Shown: in pieces, positions 17,213 to 26,823 of the stretch | Position numbering within the stretch: position 1 is the first letter of the stretch | How the letters are laid out: every line of letters begins with the position of its first letter | NCBI GenBank assembly: GCA_027487075.1 | Contig: JAIYEG010000006.1 | Span: 4,468-68,467, forward strand | Reading direction: 5' to 3' | Length of the DNA stretch: 64,000 nt | Source: a bacterium | GTDB taxonomy: Bacteria > Patescibacteriota > Minisyncoccia > Phycocordibacterales > CALRBL01 | The notes under the pieces: generated by a model | The model's input: the letters and a program-made list of their open reading frames with translations, nothing else | What the model was told of the DNA's origin: nothing | The model's database searches: none | Translations under genes and position numbers: made by a program

Positions 17213-17660
17213 GATATGGTTACTATATCCTATGAAAATGATTTTCCAAAAATATGCATTGTTACTAGCTTGGATTCAGGCATTTGTTGGCATGATCGGG
17301 AGTCTCTTTTTTAGTTTGGTAATGCAGTTGCCTCCGTGTGATTTGTGTTGGTATCAGCGCATCGCCATGTATCCACTCATTATTATTCTTGGTCTCGGCA
17401 TTCTTCGTAAAGACAAGACAAGTCTTGATTATGCATTTCCCCTCGCCATTATCGGCTGGCTCATTGCGGTATATCACAACCTTTTGTATTACAACATTCT
17501 TCCTGAGGCGATGGCACCGTGCAAAGCAGGTGTTTCTTGCACCACAAAGTATATTGAGTGGTTCGGTTTTGTGACGATCCCTCTCCTTGCATGTATAGGG
17601 TTTAGTGTGATTCTCGTATGTCTCTACTTTGCAAAGAAAAAAAAAAAAAAAAAGGGATAA
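17211..17660 (+). CDS. dsbB: disulfide bond formation protein B (DsbB/BdbC family)
   Basis: PPCDLCWYQRIAMYP motif, four TM helices; C-terminal KKKKKK encoded by an A17 run. Confidence 0.75.
   Translation: MIWLLYPMKMIFQKYALLLAWIQAFVGMIGSLFFSLVMQLPPCDLCWYQRIAMYPLIIILGLGILRKDKTSLDYAFPLAIIGWLIAVYHNLLYYNILPEAMAPCKAGVSCTTKYIEWFGFVTIPLLACIGFSVILVCLYFAKKKKKKKG
17637..17653. repeat. A17 homopolymer tract
   Basis: 17 consecutive A at the 3' end of dsbB. Confidence 0.9.
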
Positions 17661-17678
17661 GGGGCTATTATCGTAGGC

Positions 17679-18317
17679 ATGACTACTGAAGCAAAAGCAA
17701 TTATTATTGTAACGATCGTATGTATTGGTATCTTGTTTGGTGGCACCTTTCTTTATCAAAAAAACGCTCCTAAAGATACCCTTACCGAAAACAAAGAAGC
17801 GCTCGTGCGTGACAATAGTATGCGCATGGGAGCAGCAACAAGTTCAAAAGTAACGCTCGTGGAATTCGGAGATTATCAGTGTCCAGCATGTGCATTTATT
17901 GCACCTGGTGTGAAGAAGCTCATGGAAGAATACAAAGATCGCGTGACGTTCGTATTCCGTGATTTTCCTCTTATCATGCACAAGAACGCTGTTATTGCCG
18001 CCCAGATGACCTATATTGCCAACGAGCAGGGCAAGTACTGGGAAATGCACGAAAAACTCTATGCAACTCAGACAGAATGGGAAAACGTCGATAATCCCTC
18101 AGATCTCTTCATTGGTTATGCCAAGGAGCTTGGTATGAACACCGATGGCATTAAAGAAAAGCTTGCTTCAAATATCTATAAAGATCGCATTCAAGCCGAT
18201 GTGAAAGACGGTGATCTCGTGGGGGTAAACTCAACACCAACATTCTTTGTGAATGACACTATTGTTCGTACCGCCGACTACAATGCGCTCAAGAAAGCAA
18301 TCGATGCGCAGCTATGA
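17679..18317 (+). CDS. dsbA: thiol:disulfide oxidoreductase DsbA/BdbD-like (thioredoxin fold)
   Basis: VEFGDYQCPACAFIAP CxxC motif after an N-terminal TM helix. Confidence 0.8.
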   Translation: MTTEAKAIIIVTIVCIGILFGGTFLYQKNAPKDTLTENKEALVRDNSMRMGAATSSKVTLVEFGDYQCPACAFIAPGVKKLMEEYKDRVTFVFRDFPLIMHKNAVIAAQMTYIANEQGKYWEMHEKLYATQTEWENVDNPSDLFIGYAKELGMNTDGIKEKLASNIYKDRIQADVKDGDLVGVNSTPTFFVNDTIVRTADYNALKKAIDAQL

Positions 18318-19138
18318 TCTTAAGCGGGAAACCTCTTCAAGAACAGATTAAAGAGCAGCTTAAACGTCACACCTCAGGCGTGCCCGGCCTTGCAATTATC
18401 CAGATTGGATCTGTTGAAGCGTCACGCATTTATGTAAAAGCCAAAAAAAAGTTTGGCGAAGAAATCGGTGTGTCAGTAGTGGTGTATGAATTTCCTGATG
18501 AAGTGAGTGAGGAAGAGGTGGTGCATCTTATTCAGCAGCTCAATGCCGATACAAAGGTGGGAGGTATTATTGTCCAGCTTCCTATTCCTGCACATCTTTC
18601 AAAATCTCGAATTATCGAAACGATAGATCCCGAGAAGGATGTTGATGGACTTCATTCAGTGAATGTAAAAAAGCTCATGACGAGCGATCCGACAGGTATT
18701 GTGCCCGCAACGACACGAGGCATTCTTTCACTTCTCGCGCACTACAATATTTCGTATGAAGGGAAGCAGGTTCTGGTAGTGGGACGCTCTGATTTGGTGG
18801 GGAAGCCAACCGCACTTGCACTCCTCAATAGACAAGCTACGGTCACTATTGCACACTCCAAAACACAAAATTTGAAGCGTCTATGTACGGAGGCAGACAT
18901 TATTGTGTCTGCTGTGGGTGTCCCAGGGCTTATTACCGCAGATCATGTGAGAGCGGGTCAGGTCCTTATAGATGTTGGAATTACGCGTAAAGATGGTGTG
19001 GTGGTAGGGGATGTATCAAAAGAGGCGCAAAGCTTGGCACAGGCTTTTTCGCCAGTTCCTGGTGGAGTGGGGCTGCTTACCATTGCTTCGCTTTTCCAAA
19101 ATCTCTTAAGGAAGTATACTGGCGGTATTACTACATAA
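18314..19138 (+). CDS. folD: bifunctional methylene-THF dehydrogenase/cyclohydrolase FolD
   Basis: VVGRSDLVGKPTALALL...VGVPGLITADHV. Confidence 0.9.
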   Translation: MILSGKPLQEQIKEQLKRHTSGVPGLAIIQIGSVEASRIYVKAKKKFGEEIGVSVVVYEFPDEVSEEEVVHLIQQLNADTKVGGIIVQLPIPAHLSKSRIIETIDPEKDVDGLHSVNVKKLMTSDPTGIVPATTRGILSLLAHYNISYEGKQVLVVGRSDLVGKPTALALLNRQATVTIAHSKTQNLKRLCTEADIIVSAVGVPGLITADHVRAGQVLIDVGITRKDGVVVGDVSKEAQSLAQAFSPVPGGVGLLTIASLFQNLLRKYTGGITT

Positions 19139-19147
19139 TCACATTAT

Positions 19148-19930
19148 ATGAATACGTTTTTTGATCAACAGACCAACACTATCATCAAAGTTGTCCTCGG
19201 ACTTCTCGGTCTTTTCCTTATTGTTCAAGCGGGAGTTGCAATCGCAGATGCGGTGGCAAGGCATGACAGCATTCCTTCAAATAAAACCATCAATGTTCAG
19301 GGAACAGGTGAGGCGGTAGGAATTCCTGATGTGGCAACCTTCACCTTCACCGTGCGAGAGAAAGCAAAAGATGCTCCAGCCGCACAGAATGCAATGTCAG
19401 AGAAAGCAAACAAAGCAATCGCATACCTTAAGAGCGAAGGTATTGATGCAAAAGATATCAAGACTGAAAACTTCCAATCAAACCCTACCTATGCAAATGT
19501 CTCATGTGGTATGTACGGATGCCCATCTCCTGCCATTACAGGCTATGAAGTGTCAGAGACCGTTTCAGTAAAAGTGCGTGAGAAGGATAAGGCAGGAAAT
19601 CTCCTCAAGGGAGTCATTGACCTCAAGATTGGTGAAGTGAGTGGTCTCCAGTTTGTTATCGATGATACTGATGCGCTCAAAGCAGAAGCTCGTGCCAACG
19701 CGATCGAGAAAGCTCGTATACAAGCAGAAAAGATTGCAGATAGTCTGGGTGTTAATCTTAGTGATGTAGTGAGTTACTACGAAGATCCTGGATTCATGCC
19801 ATACGCTGAAGCTGCTTACGGAGGTGATATGATGCGAGGTGAGGTAAAATCTGCAGGCACCGCTCCTACCCTCGAAGCAGGGCAGTCAAAGGTCCGCTCG
19901 ACGGTGACCGTCACCTTCCAGATCGACTAG
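19148..19930 (+). CDS. SIMPL/DUF541-domain periplasmic protein
   Basis: Signal-anchor plus INVQGTGEAVGIPDVATFTFTV...KAIAYLKSEGI typical of SIMPL domain. Confidence 0.65.
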   Translation: MNTFFDQQTNTIIKVVLGLLGLFLIVQAGVAIADAVARHDSIPSNKTINVQGTGEAVGIPDVATFTFTVREKAKDAPAAQNAMSEKANKAIAYLKSEGIDAKDIKTENFQSNPTYANVSCGMYGCPSPAITGYEVSETVSVKVREKDKAGNLLKGVIDLKIGEVSGLQFVIDDTDALKAEARANAIEKARIQAEKIADSLGVNLSDVVSYYEDPGFMPYAEAAYGGDMMRGEVKSAGTAPTLEAGQSKVRSTVTVTFQID

Positions 19931-20023
19931 GTGCGTTTGCACTCATCAAAAATCAGTGATAGGATAAGAAAAGCCCCAATGCCTAGCCGAGGGGTTTTTC
20001 TTTAATCTAAAAATACCTAGCAT

Positions 20024-20206
20024 ATGAGCCTTATTACTTATTTCAAGGATACCAAGAACGAAATGAAGCATGTTACCTGGCCGACACCTCGCCAGACAGT
20101 GGTCTTTACCGTGTCTGTTATCGTGATGTCTCTCTTCGTGGCCCTTTTCCTCGGTTTCTTCGACTATATTTTCTCTGAATACGTTATCAAATACATTATT
20201 CAATAA
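20024..20206 (+). CDS. secE: preprotein translocase subunit SecE
   Basis: EMKHVTWPTPRQTVVFTVSVIVMSLFVALFLGFFD; precedes nusG. Confidence 0.85.
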   Translation: MSLITYFKDTKNEMKHVTWPTPRQTVVFTVSVIVMSLFVALFLGFFDYIFSEYVIKYIIQ

Positions 20207-20217
20207 TTATCACCACC

Positions 20218-20763
20218 ATGTCTAAACAAGCAGAAGGAGAACGAAATTGGTACGCTATCCACACCTACGCAGGATATGAAAATGCGGTGCTTCGTAACTT
20301 GAAGCAGCGTATCGAATCATTGAACATGCAGGACCGTATTTTCAACGTGATCGTTCCTACCGAAAAGATCATCAAGGTAAAAGCGGGAAAGCGTGTGGAA
20401 GAAGAAGAGAAGATCTACCCTGGATATATTCTCGTGGACATGATCGTAACTGACGACTCATGGTTTGTGGTGCGTAACACTCCTCGCGTGACGGGATTCG
20501 TAGGTTCTGGAGTATATCCAGTGCCTCTTGAGAAGGGGGAAGTAGAGACACTGTTCAAGCGCATGAGTGGTGGAGATGCCGCAAAGCATGCTATCGACCT
20601 TACGGTAGACGATGCGGTGACTATCGCTGATGGACCATTCAAAGATTTCGAAGGAAAGGTATCAGAAGTTGATACTGATCGCGGAAAGGTGAAAGTGCTT
20701 GTGTCTATGTTCGGCCGCGAGACACCTGTTGAGCTCGATTTCTTGCAGGTACGCAAAATCTAA
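20218..20763 (+). CDS. nusG: transcription antitermination factor NusG
   Basis: WYAIHTYAGYENAV...KVKVLVSMFGRETPVELDFLQV (NGN + KOW). Confidence 0.9.
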   Translation: MSKQAEGERNWYAIHTYAGYENAVLRNLKQRIESLNMQDRIFNVIVPTEKIIKVKAGKRVEEEEKIYPGYILVDMIVTDDSWFVVRNTPRVTGFVGSGVYPVPLEKGEVETLFKRMSGGDAAKHAIDLTVDDAVTIADGPFKDFEGKVSEVDTDRGKVKVLVSMFGRETPVELDFLQVRKI

Positions 20764-20782
20764 TATGATACAATAAGAGAGC

Positions 20783-22441
20783 ATGTTCTCTCTTGAGTAT
20801 CGAAAAAACGCCGCAGTACTCCTTACCGCGGCTTTTTTCGTGTTCGCTTTTTACCCACAAGTATCGTTTGCAGCAACAGAAGGTTCTGGCCTTCTTCATT
20901 TTATTAATACTACTTTCTTTAAAGAAACATTACCGGACGTAAAACTTTCTGAAGAAGATTTGGCTCATGTGACGAAGCCAGGTATCGTGCGCATTGTTCA
21001 CCATATGAAGGGTGAGCTGGTGATTGATGGCAATTTTGATATCGATCTTAATAAGCTCACCATTGTTCCACTTCCTGCTAAAGCTCCTATCAAGGTACCA
21101 GTTGATGTGTACTACACAGGTACTGGATTTATTATCACTCCGAACGGGCATATTCTCACTAATTCACATGTCATTTCAAAAACTACGGTGATGAGTGAAG
21201 CTGTTACTAAAATTTTGACAGTGCTTATTGCGGGAAAGCTTCAGCGGATGACCGAGGCACAATATGCTGCGTTTACTAAAAAGGGACAGACCGCAGAAGG
21301 ATTAGAACAACAGGCTAAGTTTGCAAAGTCGCTGCGTGAGGAAGCTATGAACATTGTTTCTTTTGAAGGAAATGATGAGGTGGTAGTGCTTAATGGTTCA
21401 AGTGCAGATCAAGACGATACGTTGGTGAACTTGGTTTCAAAAGGATTTCCTGCCCGTGTTGTTAGCGTTAATCATGAATTTCTCAATGATCAAAAAGATG
21501 TCGCAATAGTAAAGATAGGGCAGAGTAATCTGCCATCACTGCCGTTTGTATCATCGAGCACTTCATTCGTAATTGGTAATCGTATTTATGCGTTCGGTTT
21601 TCCAGCTAATGCCGATATTGGTTCTAAAGTGGGAACAGCTTTTACCGTACCTAGCTTTACTACTGGAGTCATCAGTGCTTTCAAAGATTCGGATGATAAG
21701 AAATTTAAACTCATACAAACTGATACTAAAATATCGTCAGGATCGAGTGGAAGTCCTGCGTTTAATAAGCGAGGCGAAGTTGAAGGGATTATGACGTATG
21801 TCACGTCAAGTAATAGTAAGACGAGTGGAGACATTTTTTCTTTTGCGATTCCAAACGAAGTAGTGAAGGAGTTGCTTGATCAAGCTGAGATCACTCCCGA
21901 AACAGGGGATCTGTATACCTACTTCATTGAAGGACTTTCGTTCTATGAAGCAAAGCGTTGCACTGATGCTATGAAAGCTTTCAATAAGGCACGAGAGGTA
22001 AATACCACATTTGGTTCAAGCGCATTTGTCGATGAGTATATCCAAAAATGCAAAGATCTACAGGCTGCGGGGCTTTCTATTGATAGTGAATGGGAAAAAC
22101 TTATGTTCAACCTTAAGCCATGGAGAGGAGCGATTATTATAAGCGTCTCAGCACTCTTCGTGTTCTTTGTGCTTCTTCTGGTATTTATGAAAGTCTTTAG
22201 AAAAATGAAGCAGGATGAAGAAGTTATTGAGCACTATGTGCATCCGATCGCTCCTGTGGCAACAACCACACCTCCATCCATATCACCATCTGTTGTAGAA
22301 GATTCAGGGACTGATATCGTGAAGTTTATTAAAATGGAACAAAGCGTTGGAAGAACAACGGTTGAAATCGTGACCGAGCTCCGTAGTAAAGGACACACTG
22401 ACGAAGAAATACAGCAAGGATTTAATGAGGTGAATCGTTAA
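20783..22441 (+). CDS. secreted trypsin-like (S1 family) serine protease with C-terminal TM and cytoplasmic tail
   Basis: GTGFIITPNGHILTNSHVI (His), DVAIVKI (Asp), KISSGSSGSPAF (Ser) triad contexts; C-terminal TM helix. Confidence 0.75.
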   Translation: MFSLEYRKNAAVLLTAAFFVFAFYPQVSFAATEGSGLLHFINTTFFKETLPDVKLSEEDLAHVTKPGIVRIVHHMKGELVIDGNFDIDLNKLTIVPLPAKAPIKVPVDVYYTGTGFIITPNGHILTNSHVISKTTVMSEAVTKILTVLIAGKLQRMTEAQYAAFTKKGQTAEGLEQQAKFAKSLREEAMNIVSFEGNDEVVVLNGSSADQDDTLVNLVSKGFPARVVSVNHEFLNDQKDVAIVKIGQSNLPSLPFVSSSTSFVIGNRIYAFGFPANADIGSKVGTAFTVPSFTTGVISAFKDSDDKKFKLIQTDTKISSGSSGSPAFNKRGEVEGIMTYVTSSNSKTSGDIFSFAIPNEVVKELLDQAEITPETGDLYTYFIEGLSFYEAKRCTDAMKAFNKAREVNTTFGSSAFVDEYIQKCKDLQAAGLSIDSEWEKLMFNLKPWRGAIIISVSALFVFFVLLLVFMKVFRKMKQDEEVIEHYVHPIAPVATTTPPSISPSVVEDSGTDIVKFIKMEQSVGRTTVEIVTELRSKGHTDEEIQQGFNEVNR

Positions 22442-22442
22442 G

Positions 22443-22479
22443 AAAACTCCGGACAGGCTACGCCTCTCCGGAGTTTTTT
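22443..22479. terminator. bidirectional Rho-independent terminator
   Basis: AAAACTCCGGA...TCCGGAGTTTTTT between convergent genes. Confidence 0.75.
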
Positions 22480-22771
22480 ATGCGAGTGGTGGTTCGGTAT
22501 TTCTGCTAAGGGGGATGAGTCTGCCCGTCGTTTCATCGTACTTGTAGGGGCCTGGTGAGAAGTGAACGGTGATACAAGGCTCTTGAAGAGTTTGTTGTAA
22601 CCCATCGTCAATTCCTACATATGGTCCGATGCCGTCATCCGATCCTGCGCCATCAAAGTGCGGGCTTTGAATGACGATGGTGTTTGCCCCTACTGGTTTC
22701 ATAGTGCAAAGAAATCTTCCCTCAACAAAAACGTCGAGACCGCCACTCGTATTTCGGCGTGCTTCGATCAT
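22478..22771 (-). CDS. hypothetical protein, 97 aa
   Basis: ORF only. Confidence 0.4.
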   Translation of the reverse strand: MIEARRNTSGGLDVFVEGRFLCTMKPVGANTIVIQSPHFDGAGSDDGIGPYVGIDDGLQQTLQEPCITVHFSPGPYKYDETTGRLIPLSRNTEPPLA

Positions 22772-22796
22772 AGGCGTGTAATGAGCTATCAGGTGT

Positions 22797-23165
22797 GTGC
22801 TTGTCTATATGATACGACAGAAAAAGTATTTTGTGATAGGGTGTGTGCAAACACTCCATGGTGGAGTGATGTCAGTTCTACATCTTATGAATGAAAGTCC
22901 AAGGCTTATCGAGCTCTGCACTCGAAACGCACATCAATTGATCGGTCGAGTAATCACCATCGAATCAAAAAGAGGTGGGGATATTACTTCGACGATTACC
23001 GCGGTGATCCGTAAAGACGGAGTGACGAAGGTCGAAATCGCAGCACGGCAGTTTGACCTAGAGAAGGTTAATTATCTCATGTATACCCGCAATGAGTGGG
23101 TTCTGAATGTGGGGAGTGGTGATCACATCAGTGTTGGTGAGCCAACGATCGTGTCGCGAGAGTAG
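22797..23165 (+). CDS. hypothetical protein
   Basis: ORF; probable start at internal Met (MSVLHLMNESPR). Confidence 0.45.
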   Translation: MLVYMIRQKKYFVIGCVQTLHGGVMSVLHLMNESPRLIELCTRNAHQLIGRVITIESKRGGDITSTITAVIRKDGVTKVEIAARQFDLEKVNYLMYTRNEWVLNVGSGDHISVGEPTIVSRE

Positions 23166-23191
23166 GGTGGCGGCAGAAGAGTGTGTTGTCG

Positions 23192-23224
23192 AGAGGTCCG
23201 GTACCCATTCCGGACCTCTTTTGT
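23192..23224 (+). terminator. Rho-independent terminator
   Basis: AGAGGTCCGG-TACCCATT-CCGGACCTCTTTT. Confidence 0.7.
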
Positions 23225-23665
23225 ATACAAAATTTAAGCCCGCGCTCCACCTGGGTAGGTGAGGCGCGGGCTTTGGGTTAAGGGTTGCTGTTGGTTTCCG
23301 TGCTCTACCCAGCAAAAGCCGGGCGGGGCCGACTGTCCGGCGTGCACTGCGAGTTGCGCGTGCGGCCGAACCCTCGAAGGGTCTCCATAACCTTCGCTCC
23401 GGCAGGCTTTGCCTTGGGAGCAGGGGTGAACATGGGAGCGTTCATCCAGCCGGGCAGGCTGGAACTGTTGGAACGAACAGTGTGTTTCATCGGGTACTAA
23501 ATATAATATATTATGTATATTTTGTCAATATACGTAGACAAACCTCTTTTTTCATGTACTATATCTAGCACTGTTACGCGCTTCACGTATCACCGCCGTT
23601 AGGTAGTGGTGCAGTATGCAATTGCCGTCAGGCCATTGCATCATATAACAGATTAAATTTATACA

Positions 23666-24091
23666 ATGGCAAAAAAAGTAACAAAAGTAATTAAGCTTCA
23701 GATCCCCGGAGGAAAGGCAACGCCTGCACCTCCTGTCGGTACCGCTCTTGGTCCTGCGGGTGTTAACATCGGAGACTTCGTTAAGAAGTTTAATGATGCC
23801 ACTCAGGACCGTCGCGACGAAATCGTACCTGTTCTTATGAACGTGTACGAAGACCGTACCTTTGATTTTATCTTGAAGACTGCTCCGGCATCTCAGATGA
23901 TCCTCAAGGCTATCGGAGCAGAGAAGGGTTCTGGAACTAACCTCACCAAGAAAGCAGGAAAGATCACCGAAGCTCAGATCCGCGCCATCGCAGAAAAGAA
24001 GCTTCCTGAGCTCAATGCAAACGACATCGATGCGGCTATGGGTATCATCAAGGGAACCTGCCGATCAATGGGAGTAGAGGTGGTTAAGTAA
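23666..24091 (+). CDS. rplK: 50S ribosomal protein L11
   Basis: [34 protein letters not shown]. Confidence 0.95.
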   Translation: MAKKVTKVIKLQIPGGKATPAPPVGTALGPAGVNIGDFVKKFNDATQDRRDEIVPVLMNVYEDRTFDFILKTAPASQMILKAIGAEKGSGTNLTKKAGKITEAQIRAIAEKKLPELNANDIDAAMGIIKGTCRSMGVEVVK

Positions 24092-24111
24092 CCTTTTTAC
24101 GATAAAAATGG

Positions 24112-24150
24112 AAAGAGCGGGACCTGCGATATGCGGGTCCCGCTCTTCTG
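24112..24150. terminator. bidirectional Rho-independent terminator
   Basis: AAGAGCGGGACC-TGCGATATGC-GGGTCCCGCTCTT. Confidence 0.75.
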
Positions 24151-24155
24151 TGATG

Positions 24156-24749
24156 TTACTGCCTTCTCCTTGAGCACGCTGCGATTCCTAGCCCCATCGC
24201 TGCGAGGAAAAAACTGCTTGGCTCAGGTACGCCTTTGGCCTCGATGAGGTTAGTGGTGAATCCTGCCGGCAAATCGATGCGGGTATAGTTTGTACTCAAC
24301 GCGTCGATTCTTGAGGGGGCGATATACATGTAATCAGCGCGAAACGCGAAAGTGCCGTTGTACGGCGCCGCTGATATGAAGTTCACCTCCATGATGCCGG
24401 TTTGTCCTTCGAGCACCATAAGAAAAGGTGATGAGCTTCCAACGCTCGACAGTTCAACCAGGCTCGCTCCGTAGTGCATGAATGGTTCGACGGTGTTGCC
24501 GTAGCCATCGATGAAACTCCAGATTACACCAGCATAGGCTCCAGGCCCATTGCTTGTATGGTAAGGAAACCAAGCATCCTGATCATTGGGAGTGAGTGAG
24601 AATTTGATTTTCCCATAAATCAGGTCAGGATAGCCGGCGGTCGGACTGACACCGATCTCGGTGGCGATAAGGGTTAAGGTGAATGGTTGAGGGTTCTGGG
24701 CGAACGCAAGACTCGCCCCCAGTAGGAGGATTAAGATTAAGAAACGCAT
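24156..24749 (-). CDS. secreted protein with C-terminal PEP-CTERM-like sorting signal
   Basis: Signal peptide MRFLILILLLGASLAFA and C-terminus VPEPSSFFLAAMGLGIAACSRRRQ (PEP motif, TM helix, Arg-rich tail). Confidence 0.65.
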   Translation of the reverse strand: MRFLILILLLGASLAFAQNPQPFTLTLIATEIGVSPTAGYPDLIYGKIKFSLTPNDQDAWFPYHTSNGPGAYAGVIWSFIDGYGNTVEPFMHYGASLVELSSVGSSSPFLMVLEGQTGIMEVNFISAAPYNGTFAFRADYMYIAPSRIDALSTNYTRIDLPAGFTTNLIEAKGVPEPSSFFLAAMGLGIAACSRRRQ

Positions 24750-24827
24750 TGTTCATATATTTTTATAATACATTAAACAATTAATGTCAAATTGGGGAAC
24801 ACACGTGTTCTCGGCTTTCGCTTTGAA

Positions 24828-25505
24828 TTACCGTTTCTTAATATCTCTATCCTTATACAACTGAGGAAGCATCATTTCTGGCTTCCATTTTTTCTTGAGC
24901 TCATCAAGGGTTTTTCCAGGATTATATTTTCCAAGGACTGAATAGTCGTCACCGATGATCTGGCCAGTTTCAAAAAAGATAAGCTGAGCGATGCGACGTC
25001 CTACCACAAGAGGAATGATGTAGTTCTTTGAGTTGTTGGTAATTTCCATGGTCCAGCGATTAATGTATCCAACATCACCCCACCCAGCACACTTACACAC
25101 TTCGATGAAGCTGCGACCGAGAGATGATCGTGCTTTCATCATGGTGGTGATGTGGTTTTTACCACCGATGAATTCGTTGGTGTGAGCAAGGATGGTTTCT
25201 CCAGGGCGGAGCATAATTACTTTGTCATTTGGAGCAATGCCTTCCCATTCGAAGTTAAATTTTTGAAATGCTTCTTTTGCGGTAATTGCTTTTTCAACCT
25301 TGTCTGCTCCCCATACGTGTTTTACATGCGATTCACTCCAAATATTGAAGATGGTGTGATTATATTTTGGAGCTTGTTCCCGGTAAAAGTACTCTCCGAG
25401 CGTGAGGTCATAGCTTGAGGTAGCAAGGTTTTCTTTTTTGAAAGGGTGAATAATAATGTCTCCTTTTTTAACTTCTTCGAGAATTTTCTGGTTTGATAGG
25501 GCCAT
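24828..25505 (-). CDS. dcd: dCTP deaminase
   Basis: SSYDLTLG, MLRPGETILAHTNEFIGG, ARSSLGRS, AGWGDVGYINRWTMEITNNS; start trimmed to MALSNQKIL. Confidence 0.85.
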   Translation of the reverse strand: MALSNQKILEEVKKGDIIIHPFKKENLATSSYDLTLGEYFYREQAPKYNHTIFNIWSESHVKHVWGADKVEKAITAKEAFQKFNFEWEGIAPNDKVIMLRPGETILAHTNEFIGGKNHITTMMKARSSLGRSFIEVCKCAGWGDVGYINRWTMEITNNSKNYIIPLVVGRRIAQLIFFETGQIIGDDYSVLGKYNPGKTLDELKKKWKPEMMLPQLYKDRDIKKR

Positions 25506-25515
25506 GGTCAGTAGA

Positions 25516-26823
25516 TTACTTGGTAATAGGTTTCTTTTCAACAATATCTTGAACTCCGCGTTTAACAGAGAATTCATCAACCCCTTCGTCAATGTAAAGC
25601 GCAATGTCCGGAACAACTTTCTTGAGTACTTTGCCTATTTCTTGTGCGATGGGGCGAAGGGTAGGGTGCACTGTCTTGCCTGATCGAAGTTCAGCGATGT
25701 AGACCGCAGAAGGAAGTGATGCGGTCATCTCGATAGAAACATTGAATCCCATAGCGATGTAACACTGCTTGGTCACATCATCACCGGGGAGTGATTTAAT
25801 TTCTTTTACGAGCGCAGCAATTTCTTTTTTGAGGATGAGTTGGAAGTCTTTTGGAAACTGTGAGAGATACCATGGGTGAAAACCAAGCTTGGTAGTGAGA
25901 AGTGGCATCGGAGCAGTCATGCTGCGCTGTCGTTGAAGATCGCGGTACGAACCAAAATCAAGAGGGAAGCGGAATACGATATCGCCGCATGATCGTGCTT
26001 GGTAAGGGAGTTCAGATTTTGCAGGGCGCTTTTTGAGCGCTTTTGCGTACCGTGCGATCTGATCCTTGCGAAGATATGCTTTGTATTCGAGCTTCTTTGT
26101 TGAAAATGGCTTTTGGTATGCCAATTCTTTTTGAGTTGCAGCAAGATATGTTTCTTCTTCAGGATAGCGCTTGTGACCAAAGCTGTTCGGGTATTTTTGT
26201 TGGAGTGAAGTAGTGATGCTTTCAGCAAGATCGCGGACTTCTTGAAGAGGGTGGTGGCGCATCACTTTGAGGTGGTCTGCTGCCTGTCGGAGGTTGGTGT
26301 GCCATGCAACCATAGTCGTCATGCCAGCAGGAAGAAGGCATCGTGAAATATCGAATGCGCGTGCCTTAATTGCTTTATCATATACATCCTCTTTTTCATC
26401 AGCTTTCCGTGGATGAAGTTCTTTGAGATGAATGACGAGGCGCTCGATAGCTTTGTTGTAGAGGTTCATCCATTTCTGCTGAATCGCTTCTCCTTTCTTT
26501 GTTCCAAGCGGATTCATGATGCTCATGGTTGAGAAATCAAGATAGCGGGTGCTTGATTCCTGTCCGTTATAGAGTGGCCAATCCTGAACAGCTTTTGCGG
26601 CGAGCATTGAAATACCTTCTGCAAAGATGGTGGTGGTGCCACAATCACCGATAGACTTGTGACCGTATCCAACATAGAAACGCTCCATGAATTTACCAGG
26701 ACCTGCTTCTTTTACTTTGTCGAGGTGTACCTTAACTGAGCGGGGATCGCGAGAATAAAGGGCTTGGAGCATGGCAACGTCTTCTGGGGGCAGATTGTCT
26801 ATGATGATGATTTCGGGCTGCAT
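25516..26823 (-). CDS. thyX: flavin-dependent thymidylate synthase ThyX-like, tandem (two Thy1-like halves) long form
   Basis: First half YNGQESSTRY... and NLRQAADHLKVMRHHPLQEVRDLAESI match Thy1; second half repeats an R-x3-R-x-R-S pattern (SYRDLQRQRSMT). The ORF may extend to 26859. Confidence 0.65.
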   Translation of the reverse strand: MQPEIIIIDNLPPEDVAMLQALYSRDPRSVKVHLDKVKEAGPGKFMERFYVGYGHKSIGDCGTTTIFAEGISMLAAKAVQDWPLYNGQESSTRYLDFSTMSIMNPLGTKKGEAIQQKWMNLYNKAIERLVIHLKELHPRKADEKEDVYDKAIKARAFDISRCLLPAGMTTMVAWHTNLRQAADHLKVMRHHPLQEVRDLAESITTSLQQKYPNSFGHKRYPEEETYLAATQKELAYQKPFSTKKLEYKAYLRKDQIARYAKALKKRPAKSELPYQARSCGDIVFRFPLDFGSYRDLQRQRSMTAPMPLLTTKLGFHPWYLSQFPKDFQLILKKEIAALVKEIKSLPGDDVTKQCYIAMGFNVSIEMTASLPSAVYIAELRSGKTVHPTLRPIAQEIGKVLKKVVPDIALYIDEGVDEFSVKRGVQDIVEKKPITK

